Source: a virus. From it: a stretch of 64,000 nucleotides of DNA. A program made the position numbers and the translations under genes. Positions 1-8,721 of the stretch are shown one piece after another; the stretch's first letter is position 1, and the number at the start of each line of letters is the position of its first letter. The stretch is from IMG/VR virus record IMGVR_UViG_3300034069_001614; one strand, given 5' to 3'. The notes beneath the pieces are model-generated. The model made no database searches, was not told the DNA's origin, and saw nothing but the letters and a program-made list of their open reading frames with translations.

Positions 1-55
1 AATCTTTTGTGTCATGTGAAGACGATTCACGTAGTGGTATAGCTTGATTGCTCAT
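1..55 (-). CDS. hypothetical protein, 5' part only (runs off window)
   Basis: AGGAG RBS then ATG at 55 (MSNQAIPLRESS...); open to window edge. Confidence 0.5.
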   Translation of the reverse strand, partial: MSNQAIPLRESSSHDTKD

Positions 56-200
56 CTTCTAGATCTCCTATTTCACGATGATGTCCACGATTGATCTCAT
101 GGATTAGTACATCGATCGGCTTGTCTTTGTTGTTACGCAACATGTGCAAAATAGCATCGCGCTCGATGAGACGCTGTTGTTGTTTTTCTTCAGGCGATAT
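27..200 (-). other. 57-codon open frame lacking a canonical start (begins ATA)
   Basis: (I/M)SPEEKQQQRLIERDAILHML...; directly after, and in frame with, the TAA at 201-203; fills the gap to the next gene. Confidence 0.35.
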
Positions 201-362
201 TTACTTTCCCACCATGAAAACAGGCAAATCTTTCTCTTTGTTCCACCCACAATAATAATGACCGACTTCACCTGCTTCTTTACAGTTACAGCGATCCAGA
301 TCATCATTTTCGGGTTTACGACCAACACGACTTACGAAATGATCTCGGGTGATGGTGGTCAT
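201..362 (-). CDS. small Cys/His phage protein (53 aa)
   Basis: Manual translation MTTITRDHFVSRVGRKPENDDLDRCNCKEAGEVGHYYCGW...; AAGGA RBS; below ORF-track cutoff. Confidence 0.75.
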   Translation of the reverse strand: MTTITRDHFVSRVGRKPENDDLDRCNCKEAGEVGHYYCGWNKEKDLPVFMVGK

Positions 363-377
363 AATGACATCCTTAGG

Positions 378-617
378 CTAAGTTTCCAGATCAGCTAAGA
401 AGATGGATGCAGTATCTTCAGTAATCTCTAGTCTCACTAAAGCAGCCTGACCCATCGGCGTCTCCTTTTCTGTATTCCAAGTATCATACCACCATGTAAA
501 GGATTTATCACGATTATCCCTTACAGTTATCCACTCACCTTCAGTAATTTTTCTGGCAGCAAGCGTATCGTTTGCTTCTGTGGCTTCTTGCATCATTTTA
601 TCAATAATTGATTGCAT
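378..617 (-). CDS. hypothetical protein
   Basis: 79 aa ORF in tightly packed minus-strand array. Confidence 0.7.
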   Translation of the reverse strand: MQSIIDKMMQEATEANDTLAARKITEGEWITVRDNRDKSFTWWYDTWNTEKETPMGQAALVRLEITEDTASIFLADLET

Positions 618-626
618 AATGCTTTT

Positions 627-818
627 TCAACGCCTTGGAAAGAGTTTCGGATTAGCTAGCTTCCAACAAGGGACACACAGAAAACCAGGAAAATATTGGG
701 TAGCCGTTCGTGGCCACAGAAAACCACATCGAACTTCACGGGAGTTGTGCATATGAACTCCTTCAGTGGTACCGCAATCACTACATCGATCGAGAGCCGG
801 TGATGTCGCGTTGGGCAT
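627..818 (-). CDS. small Zn-finger-like protein
   Basis: GGAGG RBS before MPNATS; CSDC...CVPC pairs. Confidence 0.7.
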   Translation of the reverse strand: MPNATSPALDRCSDCGTTEGVHMHNSREVRCGFLWPRTATQYFPGFLCVPCWKLANPKLFPRR

Positions 819-828
819 TAACACCTCC

Positions 829-1032
829 TCAATTAGATTTATCAACGTTTAGAGGATCTGCAACTTTCTGAAGAAGCAGGTGTCCTCTGGCTAATGCAGG
901 CTTTCCGTCATGAACGCCGGCCACCTACAACAAATCCCCTTCGACGTAAATGATGTAGGTGGTACCTTCTTGGGGGTGTTTTACCCACCAATAGCCATTA
1001 CCAATGTCTTTAGCCAAAATTCGTGTTTCCAT
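829..1032 (-). pseudogene. 67-codon gene interrupted by in-frame TAG (925-927), or two tiny ORFs
   Basis: AAGGAG-ATG METRILAK...GDLL*VAGVHDG...VDKSN-TGA; ends at RBS of next gene. Confidence 0.55.
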
Positions 1033-1043
1033 TGGTCGACTCC

Positions 1044-1400
1044 TTATTCAATTTCGTGATAGAGATTAAGATTAACCACCATCAACGCAATCAGTTCACA
1101 ACCAGTGGGATCACGGTTAGCCTTGCGCTGATTGCAGGGACCATGCGCTGGAACACTGTTGCGCTCATTAGATCCTCCTTTCGCTTTAGAAACAACATGA
1201 TCTTGGGTGATCTGGCTTTCTTTTACAATAGGAAGACCACAAATACCACAGCGTTGATCAAAGGCACGCCAGAGTCGTAGATTGTAGGATTTAGCTTTAG
1301 GTCTAGTCTTATGCTTCTTGCTTCGACCAGGGAGCCATCCGTGGATCCTGTGATAATGCCACGGGAGACCGTCAATGATTTTTGTGCGGGGACTTTCCAT
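1044..1400 (-). CDS. HNH endonuclease (McrA-like, Zn-binding)
   Basis: CGIC...TQDHVVSKAKGGSNERNSVPAHGPCNQRK; start refined to MESPR. Confidence 0.85.
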   Translation of the reverse strand: MESPRTKIIDGLPWHYHRIHGWLPGRSKKHKTRPKAKSYNLRLWRAFDQRCGICGLPIVKESQITQDHVVSKAKGGSNERNSVPAHGPCNQRKANRDPTGCELIALMVVNLNLYHEIE

Positions 1401-2148
1401 GATGGTGGTTCTTGATAGGTAGATGAGAACGATGGTTGTGATGGGGATGATGAGGGGCAATCTTGTAAAAGATATGACCAAACATCACACCAGTAGGAAT
1501 CATGTCGCCTACCCAGTAAGCGACCATGGTTTCCGTATGATAGTGCGTTGCACCACCCGTAATATCTTTGTAAGCACCAGCCAGTAACTTACCGGCAATT
1601 TGATTGGCTAGCACCCAAGCCTGCCAATCAGGACTATGATCGTCTAGTTTAGCCAAATCCAGCATCTTCTGGTAATTGTTGTCGCCAGGATTCCAACAAC
1701 TGAATTGCTTATGCTTGTGACATACACCGTGGATCCCATGCCCTGTGGCATGGTGATCCCACTTTACCCGGTTGAGAATAACGCATCCAATGGCTAGCAT
1801 GCCCTGTTCACCATAACCACGGGCTTCTCCCCACATGGTGAGAGCCAGATCATGCCGATCACCAGGCGTGGTTAGTGTATGCAAGGCGCGTAGATTATGC
1901 GCACCACTGTGCTTACGGTGATGGTGCTTATGCTTGTGATGCCTGGGCAGGTGGGGATGAATGGGCTTGTGGTGAACAACGGTGTGTGAAATCGCCGGGG
2001 TTGTATGCACCCGAGGGGGAGTCTTAGGAGTTTGAATGGGGGAGGTCAGAAGAGAGGGCTTTGCCACCGCCTTCTGAGCGCGAAAGCTCTGGGTTGCCAT
2101 CAAGGTACCGAGCGTTGTTTGGCCAAGCATGGCCCGTCGAGTTATCAT
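1372..2148 (-). CDS. SleB-like cell wall hydrolase (Hydrolase_2) with Tat-like signal and His-rich arms
   Basis: LALTMWGEARG..GMLAIGCVILNRV, QFSCWN, GGATHYH, GHIFY; N-term TRRAML. Confidence 0.9.
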   Translation of the reverse strand: MITRRAMLGQTTLGTLMATQSFRAQKAVAKPSLLTSPIQTPKTPPRVHTTPAISHTVVHHKPIHPHLPRHHKHKHHHRKHSGAHNLRALHTLTTPGDRHDLALTMWGEARGYGEQGMLAIGCVILNRVKWDHHATGHGIHGVCHKHKQFSCWNPGDNNYQKMLDLAKLDDHSPDWQAWVLANQIAGKLLAGAYKDITGGATHYHTETMVAYWVGDMIPTGVMFGHIFYKIAPHHPHHNHRSHLPIKNHHHGKSPHKNH

Positions 2149-2611
2149 CGTTGAACATTCCTTGTGTTAGAGTTAGTTCAAGAGAATCAATAGAATCAAG
2201 AAAAGATGTTGGATAGCCCCGAGCGACAGCTCGACAAACAAAACGAAAGAACCGTTTAACCCTTTGCCTAATGTGAGGTGTTCTCACGGGTTCAAACAAC
2301 AGTCCGTCGTGACTACATAGAGAATCGGGCATATTCTGAAAGAAACCTTCTCCGCGTTGATATTTGGTTTGTTGCACCAAATTACGCTCGGATCCTTTAG
2401 GTTTATTGAGCGACACTCCTTGAACAATGGGATGGAGATAAGAGTCTTTACGACTGTAAATGGAGTCTTCAGAATAGTAAAGACAGTTTCTACACACCCT
2501 CATTTTTCGTTGATCATAAGCCGCATCTTGTTGTTCAATAGCGACTCTGTTGTTTTCTACCTGATCAAGTAGTTTCTTAGCTCGTACCAGAATATCTTCT
2601 TTTTTGTTCAT
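2024..2611 (-). CDS. hypothetical protein with CxxC
   Basis: 195 aa ORF, VCRNC...LCSHDGLLFEP; 3' end overlaps SleB gene by 125 nt. Confidence 0.65.
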   Translation of the reverse strand: MNKKEDILVRAKKLLDQVENNRVAIEQQDAAYDQRKMRVCRNCLYYSEDSIYSRKDSYLHPIVQGVSLNKPKGSERNLVQQTKYQRGEGFFQNMPDSLCSHDGLLFEPVRTPHIRQRVKRFFRFVCRAVARGYPTSFLDSIDSLELTLTQGMFNDDNSTGHAWPNNARYLDGNPELSRSEGGGKALSSDLPHSNS

Positions 2612-2620
2612 GAGGAGTAC

Positions 2621-3064
2621 TCATTTGAAATGAGATTTGATCTCTTCTGCTCGTTCCGGTGTCATCTTGTAATAATCGTAATTAGGACTCCCCGGTCCAG
2701 CGATAGCGACATGCATTTCAGATGCAGTTGCTGGGTAAAGATTGGGGATGTCATCAAGCGCATCATTGCTCCACAAATTAGCATAAGCAATGTCAATATA
2801 CTGGTATTCCGTTTGAGGACCAAACGCATTACCATCCAGACAAGCAAATGCTTTTGCGTGATGACGCAATACCGTAAGTTGTTCGCTGGTTAACTTTTCG
2901 CCGATAACCTTACGATCAAGAAGACCGAACGGAGGAATGAAATGTTGAAAGACATAAAGCTTTACGAACGAAGGATTATCATCGGTGAGAGTAAAGCGGT
3001 GAGTCGCGTTGTCGGCTACCATCTCAATCAGTGGTTCGCCGTTCGCGTTGAATTTCTGAGTCAT
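2621..3064 (-). CDS. hypothetical protein
   Basis: AAGGA RBS before MTQKF. Confidence 0.7.
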   Translation of the reverse strand: MTQKFNANGEPLIEMVADNATHRFTLTDDNPSFVKLYVFQHFIPPFGLLDRKVIGEKLTSEQLTVLRHHAKAFACLDGNAFGPQTEYQYIDIAYANLWSNDALDDIPNLYPATASEMHVAIAGPGSPNYDYYKMTPERAEEIKSHFK

Positions 3065-3077
3065 GGTATTTTCCTTT

Positions 3078-3494
3078 TCAGTAGCGAGCCCGTTCATCGG
3101 TGTAGACACCGTCGTAATCGTGACCGTCGTACACTTCCATGTCTTCGTCTTCGCCTAGCTCTTCAGCAAGTCGTTCATTTTCCTTGCGAATACAGCCATC
3201 GCAGACATCGTACACCCGACCGGTTCTCCCTTCTTCCCAATCCCGATGAGGATGAACAATAACGTTAGCAGTTTTACACCAATCACAGGTTCCTGTTCGG
3301 GGAGGAGCGTTACGGCTTTCTGTAACACACTCTTTACAACAATACCAAGTTTCCGATCCAAAAGAATCTGTTTCTCCGACAATTTCAGAAACTGCTGGTC
3401 GATCAGAATGAGTGTCACACACTGTACCTTCCGGAATTTGCCGCGTCATTGCACTACCAGGAAGGTAACTATTGGGTCCAATAACGTCAGCCAT
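3078..3494 (-). CDS. Zn-finger protein with acidic tail
   Basis: CxxH, CxxC x3, acidic C-terminus. Confidence 0.75.
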   Translation of the reverse strand: MADVIGPNSYLPGSAMTRQIPEGTVCDTHSDRPAVSEIVGETDSFGSETWYCCKECVTESRNAPPRTGTCDWCKTANVIVHPHRDWEEGRTGRVYDVCDGCIRKENERLAEELGEDEDMEVYDGHDYDGVYTDERARY

Positions 3495-3515
3495 AATGAG
3501 CCTTTCTTGTTAAAG

Positions 3516-3716
3516 TTAAGAAACTAATGCTTTACGAAGTACTTGACCTTCTGCGTTAAGAATCATCGACCAACGATTGATTCCGTAGTGACGATAACCC
3601 TTCACCAATTTGGCGTCACGCAAATAAACGCAGATGGGATGATCGCCAGGTAAGTTAAACCAACCGACCGGTACAAGCTTCACCATCTCTCGGTTTTTAA
3701 GTTGTTTATCTTTCAA
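3516..3716 (-). CDS. hypothetical protein
   Basis: TTG start with GGAG RBS, 66 aa. Confidence 0.6.
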   Translation of the reverse strand: MKDKQLKNREMVKLVPVGWFNLPGDHPICVYLRDAKLVKGYRHYGINRWSMILNAEGQVLRKALVS

Positions 3717-3767
3717 GTGTAAACTCCATTGAATTTATTATTACAGCTGGCCATGATAAATCTCCAG

Positions 3768-4082
3768 TTAAGACGTCAATGTTATTACGTCGTAAATTCT
3801 AGCTTTTCGTTTAATTTCGCGAGCCAAGTCACCCTCATCCATCTCTTCAGGAATCAGGGTGACTTCGTTTCTGGAATCTACTCCGTAAAACTCAGACTTA
3901 ACGACCTCTCCTTCTTTTTCAGTTTCACCAGAACATACTTCTTCATCCGACAAACCTAAACCTGTGTTACCCCAGGTTTCAACTTTTCGTTGAGCGTGTT
4001 CAGGACTATCAGCTTCCACCACCATCGACTGACGATCAACCGTGGTAATGCTTTGGTAAAAGCTCACTTTATACTTAGCCAT
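3768..4082 (-). CDS. hypothetical acidic protein
   Basis: start refined to MAKYKV, overlapping upstream gene end. Confidence 0.65.
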   Translation of the reverse strand: MAKYKVSFYQSITTVDRQSMVVEADSPEHAQRKVETWGNTGLGLSDEEVCSGETEKEGEVVKSEFYGVDSRNEVTLIPEEMDEGDLAREIKRKARIYDVITLTS

Positions 4083-4611
4083 AACGACAAACCTTTCCGT
4101 CTTGCTTGGGATGAACGGTACAACGAGGAGGCTTTTCCTCTCCCGACATCGGACCACCAGGTCCGTAGGCGTCATCTTCCAATTCAGTCAGGCAAGTGCA
4201 CATTGCTGGAACAAGCATGTAGCGAGTGGGTCTTGTTGACAACGGACAACTCCCTCGCCAATAGTTTCCATCAGATCGTACCACTTCAGGACGGATATAC
4301 CGATCACCTCCCATGACTAGTACATAAACATCATCTTCCCAAACAGGAACAGTGTCAATGGTCTGCCAAGGCGATGCAGGAGATTCGGTATAAGGCAAAT
4401 CACCAATGGCCCGCATCACTGCTGTGAGGGCCTTTTGAAACTCCACTGATGGAACAGGATCTGTCCGCAGCTTACGAATAGCGTTGTACACGTCTTCGCG
4501 CCTCAACAGATCGTTCTTGTCTTCTCCGGTAAGAGTACGACGCATGTGCGCCTTTTCCTCAGACGACATACTAGCTAGTCGTTGCTGAAACTGTTCACCA
4601 ATAGGTCCCAT
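4075..4611 (-). CDS. hypothetical protein with DUF551-like segment
   Basis: WQTIDTVP...VLV...W...PTRYM pattern; GGAG RBS. Confidence 0.65.
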   Translation of the reverse strand: MGPIGEQFQQRLASMSSEEKAHMRRTLTGEDKNDLLRREDVYNAIRKLRTDPVPSVEFQKALTAVMRAIGDLPYTESPASPWQTIDTVPVWEDDVYVLVMGGDRYIRPEVVRSDGNYWRGSCPLSTRPTRYMLVPAMCTCLTELEDDAYGPGGPMSGEEKPPRCTVHPKQDGKVCRYG

Positions 4612-4623
4612 AAAACATCTCCT

Positions 4624-4962
4624 TTACGTTGTCCATTCTACTTTACCAAACCCAAACTGAACAATAGCTCGTTGACAACCAGAACAAGGCTTAGCTAAAG
4701 CAGGTTTACCGTCTCTGGTAACTCTGGCAACATAAAGCGTCATTCCTGTTACATCGCAACGAGCGTTAACAAAAGCAGCTATCTCAGCATGAAGATAAAT
4801 ACATTCATCCATTTTACCAAATTTAGCTTGCAAGGGATGAGTTTTAAACGTATTTAAACCAATACTGACAAGGCGCTTGCGATCTTTAATAACAGCAGCC
4901 ATCCTTGGTGCTCTCTTGATAGGATTAGCAAGCGCTGCTTTTATCGCTAGATCAAGACTCAT
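4624..4962 (-). CDS. Zn-dependent cytidine/dCMP-deaminase-fold protein
   Basis: HAE...PCxxC (LHAEIAAF; KPCSGC), TLYV strand. Confidence 0.85.
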   Translation of the reverse strand: MSLDLAIKAALANPIKRAPRMAAVIKDRKRLVSIGLNTFKTHPLQAKFGKMDECIYLHAEIAAFVNARCDVTGMTLYVARVTRDGKPALAKPCSGCQRAIVQFGFGKVEWTT

Positions 4963-4989
4963 GACAAAACGCTCTGTTGTATCAAAAGA

Positions 4990-4997
4990 GTAATATA
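4990..4997 (-). promoter_or_regulatory. phiKZ-type early promoter TATATTAC
   Basis: exact motif in intergenic gap 28 nt upstream of the deaminase ATG. Confidence 0.7.
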
Positions 4998-5015
4998 TCG
5001 ATGAACGGTGATGAA

Positions 5016-5384
5016 CTAGGCTGATACAAACCCTAGGATGTTGCCTGCTTTATTAAAACCTCTCACGGTAGGGGGAATTAAGGGTTTATCACCCTGATTA
5101 AGCATGGCGGCAGAAAGGACATTCAGGACCCACTCAATCTGGCGCTCATACATCACAACACCCCAATAGTTTGGATCTTCACGCAGTCTAGCCTTGCTGG
5201 TCGCCATGCGAGCTGTCGTAAGCAGTGCCACCAGTTCATCGTTGCTTTTACCTCGGCATTCTTCAAATCCATTAATACCACCTTCTTTTTTAAGGCGCTG
5301 ATCAGGTCTGGTGTAAAGATGACGAATTTCCTCGATACCATCATCGATCACGGCATTAATTAATTCATTGCGGTTCATGGGCAT
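5016..5384 (-). CDS. hypothetical protein
   Basis: AGGAG RBS before MPMNRNEL. Confidence 0.7.
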   Translation of the reverse strand: MPMNRNELINAVIDDGIEEIRHLYTRPDQRLKKEGGINGFEECRGKSNDELVALLTTARMATSKARLREDPNYWGVVMYERQIEWVLNVLSAAMLNQGDKPLIPPTVRGFNKAGNILGFVSA

Positions 5385-5676
5385 TGTTATCTCCTTTTGG
5401 GTGAAAAGCTTTAAGGTAGGGAAACTGTGTTGGTGTATTGGAACGGTCTGAATAATGATGAAGGACGAAAGGGTGTAGGGCATGATCTTCTTGAGGAAGA
5501 ATTACATCCACCGCCTGCATCACAAAAACCGGAACATTGTTTTTGTTGGCGAGTTTTACAGCCTCGTTTCTAGCAGACCGGTGAAGGTAATGGCGTCGTG
5601 CTGATACCGGTCCTTCCATGTCACAACACAAGAAAAACTTCTTAGGCGTAACATTATTCCACCAATGTTTAATCAT
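5365..5676 (-). CDS. hypothetical protein
   Basis: GGAGG RBS; 103 aa. Confidence 0.65.
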   Translation of the reverse strand: MIKHWWNNVTPKKFFLCCDMEGPVSARRHYLHRSARNEAVKLANKNNVPVFVMQAVDVILPQEDHALHPFVLHHYSDRSNTPTQFPYLKAFHPKGDNNAHEPQ

Positions 5677-5702
5677 AACACCTCCTTACATCTCCATGAT
5701 GA

Positions 5703-6989
5703 TTAAGTAGGACGTCCAGCATTAACCCAAGCCTCGAAGCGTTCTTCCTCCTCAATAAGCTTTTGAATTGCCTTTTCCTCTTCTCGTTCACGAGCAAGGG
5801 CGGCACGGCGGGCTTGTTCTGCCTGAGTGAGATGGGGTGTGACTCTGGGTGCACGACGCTTGTATGGTTTAACCTTGAACGGTTTGGGAGGCTTGGGAGC
5901 CTTAATGGCTTCCAGCTGAACAATGGTTGGATCTTTGTTAACCAACAAAATCTTGACGTGACCGGCTCGGTACTTCTTCCCTGTTACCTCGCTGAGCCAT
6001 TGGGCAATCTTTCCATAGGTCCACTCCAATGGATCAGAGCGCCGCTTAGCCAATGCTTGTTGAGCAAGCTCGGGGCTAGCAGGGGTGCGATCAACAAGGG
6101 CGGGTCGCTGTGTCTTGATTACCTCATGGTCTTCGATGGGCGGTTCAATCGCGTTGAGATGCGTAAAGGTCTTTCCCCGAACAGCAACACTGATCGTGGC
6201 GATTGATATCTTGTACTTTTCAGCATAGATTTTCCAAGCCTTTTTACCCGATGCTCTGATCTCACGACGCATGGCGATGACATCATCGTCTTTGAGAACC
6301 TGACAACCATTGGCGACCCGCACGGTCTTCTTGCGAGGTTTCTTGGTAGCGGTACGGTTTTCTTTGCGAGCAAGAATCAGATCTCCACAATGTTCACTGA
6401 TCTTCTTGTCTGATATTTTCAGTTGACGTGACAGATCAATAACACTCATGCCTCCTTGATAAAGCTCACGCATCTTTTTGATAAATTCATCAGATAGATG
6501 ACGCTTCGGGGTAGTGGGAGGCGTATCGTTTAGATCACGACACCAAAGCGATAGAGAGGATTTTGATACCCTCAGCTGAGCTTTGATCTTGTCGTAACTA
6601 TAGCCTTGACGGTAAAGCTCCCGCGCTTTTTCTCGAAGCAAATCATATTCACTCACCGTGTCAACGGGACTATGGGTTGCATCAAGATGTTTAAAGCTTT
6701 GACCTTTTAATGCTTTTTCTAGCGACCGAAAAGAATAGTTACGTAGGTCAAAATGCGATTCTCTTGCCCACACCCGCAGATTGAACAGCGGGTCATTGGC
6801 GGCTTTTGTTCGCAGGTCTTTAACCATGTCATCGGTTAGACCTGTTGTCTTCTTTTCTAAATCCCGGCAGAAACGACGCACGGTGGTAGGGGGGATATTG
6901 AGCTCCCGAGATACTTTTTGAGCATTACCCAACTGTGAGTAAGAATCTCTAATCTTTTGAATAGTATCATCGGTGTAGGTTATCGTCAC
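5703..6989 (-). CDS. multi-HTH DNA-binding protein (about 6 HTH modules)
   Basis: repeated ...SLWCRDL and ...RGKTFTHL-type HTH modules, basic; GTG start overlaps upstream TGA. Confidence 0.75.
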   Translation of the reverse strand: MTITYTDDTIQKIRDSYSQLGNAQKVSRELNIPPTTVRRFCRDLEKKTTGLTDDMVKDLRTKAANDPLFNLRVWARESHFDLRNYSFRSLEKALKGQSFKHLDATHSPVDTVSEYDLLREKARELYRQGYSYDKIKAQLRVSKSSLSLWCRDLNDTPPTTPKRHLSDEFIKKMRELYQGGMSVIDLSRQLKISDKKISEHCGDLILARKENRTATKKPRKKTVRVANGCQVLKDDDVIAMRREIRASGKKAWKIYAEKYKISIATISVAVRGKTFTHLNAIEPPIEDHEVIKTQRPALVDRTPASPELAQQALAKRRSDPLEWTYGKIAQWLSEVTGKKYRAGHVKILLVNKDPTIVQLEAIKAPKPPKPFKVKPYKRRAPRVTPHLTQAEQARRAALAREREEEKAIQKLIEEEERFEAWVNAGRPT

Positions 6990-7663
6990 AGAGGTTCTCC
7001 CCAGTCTGGAAATCCAGCATTAGCCCAAGCTTCATACCGATCAGCCGCCACAATCGCTTCACGTAATGTTCGAGCATTTGCTTGTTTCTGGGCACGCTGT
7101 TCATCGCTTAACGGTTTTCGTATCCGAGGTCCTTTTACAACAGGAACTCTTGGTTTACGTTGTTGTCGAATGTTGGAAGCAGCTCGCTTGTCAGCTTTAC
7201 GTTGCTGAATAAGATCAACGCAGTATTTCTCCACTGTTCGTCTAGAAATTCCAACCAACCTAGCAACAACAGGTGTTGTTTTACCTGATCGGTAAAGCTT
7301 GCGAGCTTTTGTTTTCTTTACCTCATATTCTTCCTTGCTTAAATAGGTGGTTTTGTTTTTTGTTAAATCTCTGCACCAAAGAGACAAGGTAGAAGAACTG
7401 ATGTGAAAACGTTCAAGAATAATGGCATGGCTAAGCTTTTCAACGCCATAGGCATGGCGAACCGCTTCTCGTAACTTAGGCTTACCTTTTTGAATTCGGG
7501 CAGGAGGTTCAATCGCATTGAGGTGCTTATAAAAAGCACCTCGTACTGCTTTACCAATTGTTTTAACCGTGACCTCGAACTCATTAGCATAAAACTTATA
7601 GTCCAACGTCCCTTTTTCTCGGCAAAGGCGACGCAGGAAAATAACTCGTTCGTCGGTCAACAT
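6986..7663 (-). CDS. multi-HTH DNA-binding protein (3 modules), paralog of 5703..6989
   Basis: shares HLNAIEPP, LSLWCRDL and R(Y/F)EAWxNAG motifs. Confidence 0.75.
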   Translation of the reverse strand: MLTDERVIFLRRLCREKGTLDYKFYANEFEVTVKTIGKAVRGAFYKHLNAIEPPARIQKGKPKLREAVRHAYGVEKLSHAIILERFHISSSTLSLWCRDLTKNKTTYLSKEEYEVKKTKARKLYRSGKTTPVVARLVGISRRTVEKYCVDLIQQRKADKRAASNIRQQRKPRVPVVKGPRIRKPLSDEQRAQKQANARTLREAIVAADRYEAWANAGFPDWGEPL

Positions 7664-7709
7664 TGCTATTTATCCTCTTTTACGAATCATCATTGTCTTT
7701 ATTATCAGA

Positions 7710-7717
7710 GTAATATA
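7710..7717 (-). promoter_or_regulatory. early promoter TATATTAC
   Basis: exact motif upstream of the HTH pair. Confidence 0.7.
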
Positions 7718-7738
7718 GCGTTACATTCAACTAGATCT

Positions 7739-8305
7739 TTATTTGATCTGCCTTGGAAAACACCCGCTGCGAGTAAGCGCCATGCCGATGGCGTCACCAA
7801 AAGCACCATTTAAGTTAATTCCAGCGCTGATGCGATCACCAGTCGGACGCACCTCACTAAAACCGTTAGGCAGTGGTGGTGTCTCTGGCAGTGGATCGAG
7901 GATTTCTACCTTGGGTTTATTGTTTAAGTAAGCATCTAGCTGCTCACGCGTCATGATGTCTTTCATGTCATCACGGGAGGCTGCTTCAGTTTCGTTTAAA
8001 GGAACAAAGATAGCAGACGTCTTACGAGGATAGAATCCGGCATCGCCATCAGCCTTGGTTGCCTTGCGGGTACGCTCTACCATCAGAGCACCTGAAACAT
8101 CAACTTTCTGAATGGTAGCAGTTGCGTAACACCACTGAGACTTAAACTTGATCTGAACTTTACCCTTACCAATCGGCTTGATCTTTTCAATAACAACAGA
8201 AGACTGACCGTAAAGAGAGGATATGCTTCCTTGGATGTGATCACCTTTTTGACATTGATCAAGACGAATTTGTTCTTTGATCATCTTATCCCGTATTGTT
8301 TTCAT
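7739..8305 (-). CDS. hypothetical protein
   Basis: 188 aa; ATG overlaps upstream TGA. Confidence 0.7.
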   Translation of the reverse strand: MKTIRDKMIKEQIRLDQCQKGDHIQGSISSLYGQSSVVIEKIKPIGKGKVQIKFKSQWCYATATIQKVDVSGALMVERTRKATKADGDAGFYPRKTSAIFVPLNETEAASRDDMKDIMTREQLDAYLNNKPKVEILDPLPETPPLPNGFSEVRPTGDRISAGINLNGAFGDAIGMALTRSGCFPRQIK

Positions 8306-8652
8306 GAGGTTTTCTCCCTTGCTTTAGGAAACTTCTGGTAAAAGGCTTGAGCATAAGGTTTATGATCAACATCCCATCGACCATTGTTAAAAGGCATAGA
8401 GGGATAGTGAGCGATGGTCTCCAAAGCGTCTTTCGGAGAGATGCTCTTATCAAACAATCCTCTCTCGACCCATTTAGCGAGATAGTTAATGGTATCTTGA
8501 CTATCATCATTAGCTAAGCTAGTTTTGAGCTTTTGTGTAATCTTATTAAGCTCATCAGAGGCAAGCGTTGCGCCGAGCAAAAGCGTTAACGCCTCGGAGA
8601 GTCCTTCTAGTTCTTTAACAGTTTCTTCAGCAACACTATACAAATTATTCAT
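8302..8652 (-). CDS. hypothetical protein
   Basis: AGGA RBS before MNNLYS. Confidence 0.65.
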   Translation of the reverse strand: MNNLYSVAEETVKELEGLSEALTLLLGATLASDELNKITQKLKTSLANDDSQDTINYLAKWVERGLFDKSISPKDALETIAHYPSMPFNNGRWDVDHKPYAQAFYQKFPKAREKTS

Positions 8653-8721
8653 GATGTAAAATCCTAAAAGAAATGAATAGTAGTGGTGGATGTCCACCAC
8701 TACTAGCCAATCTGATTGCTT

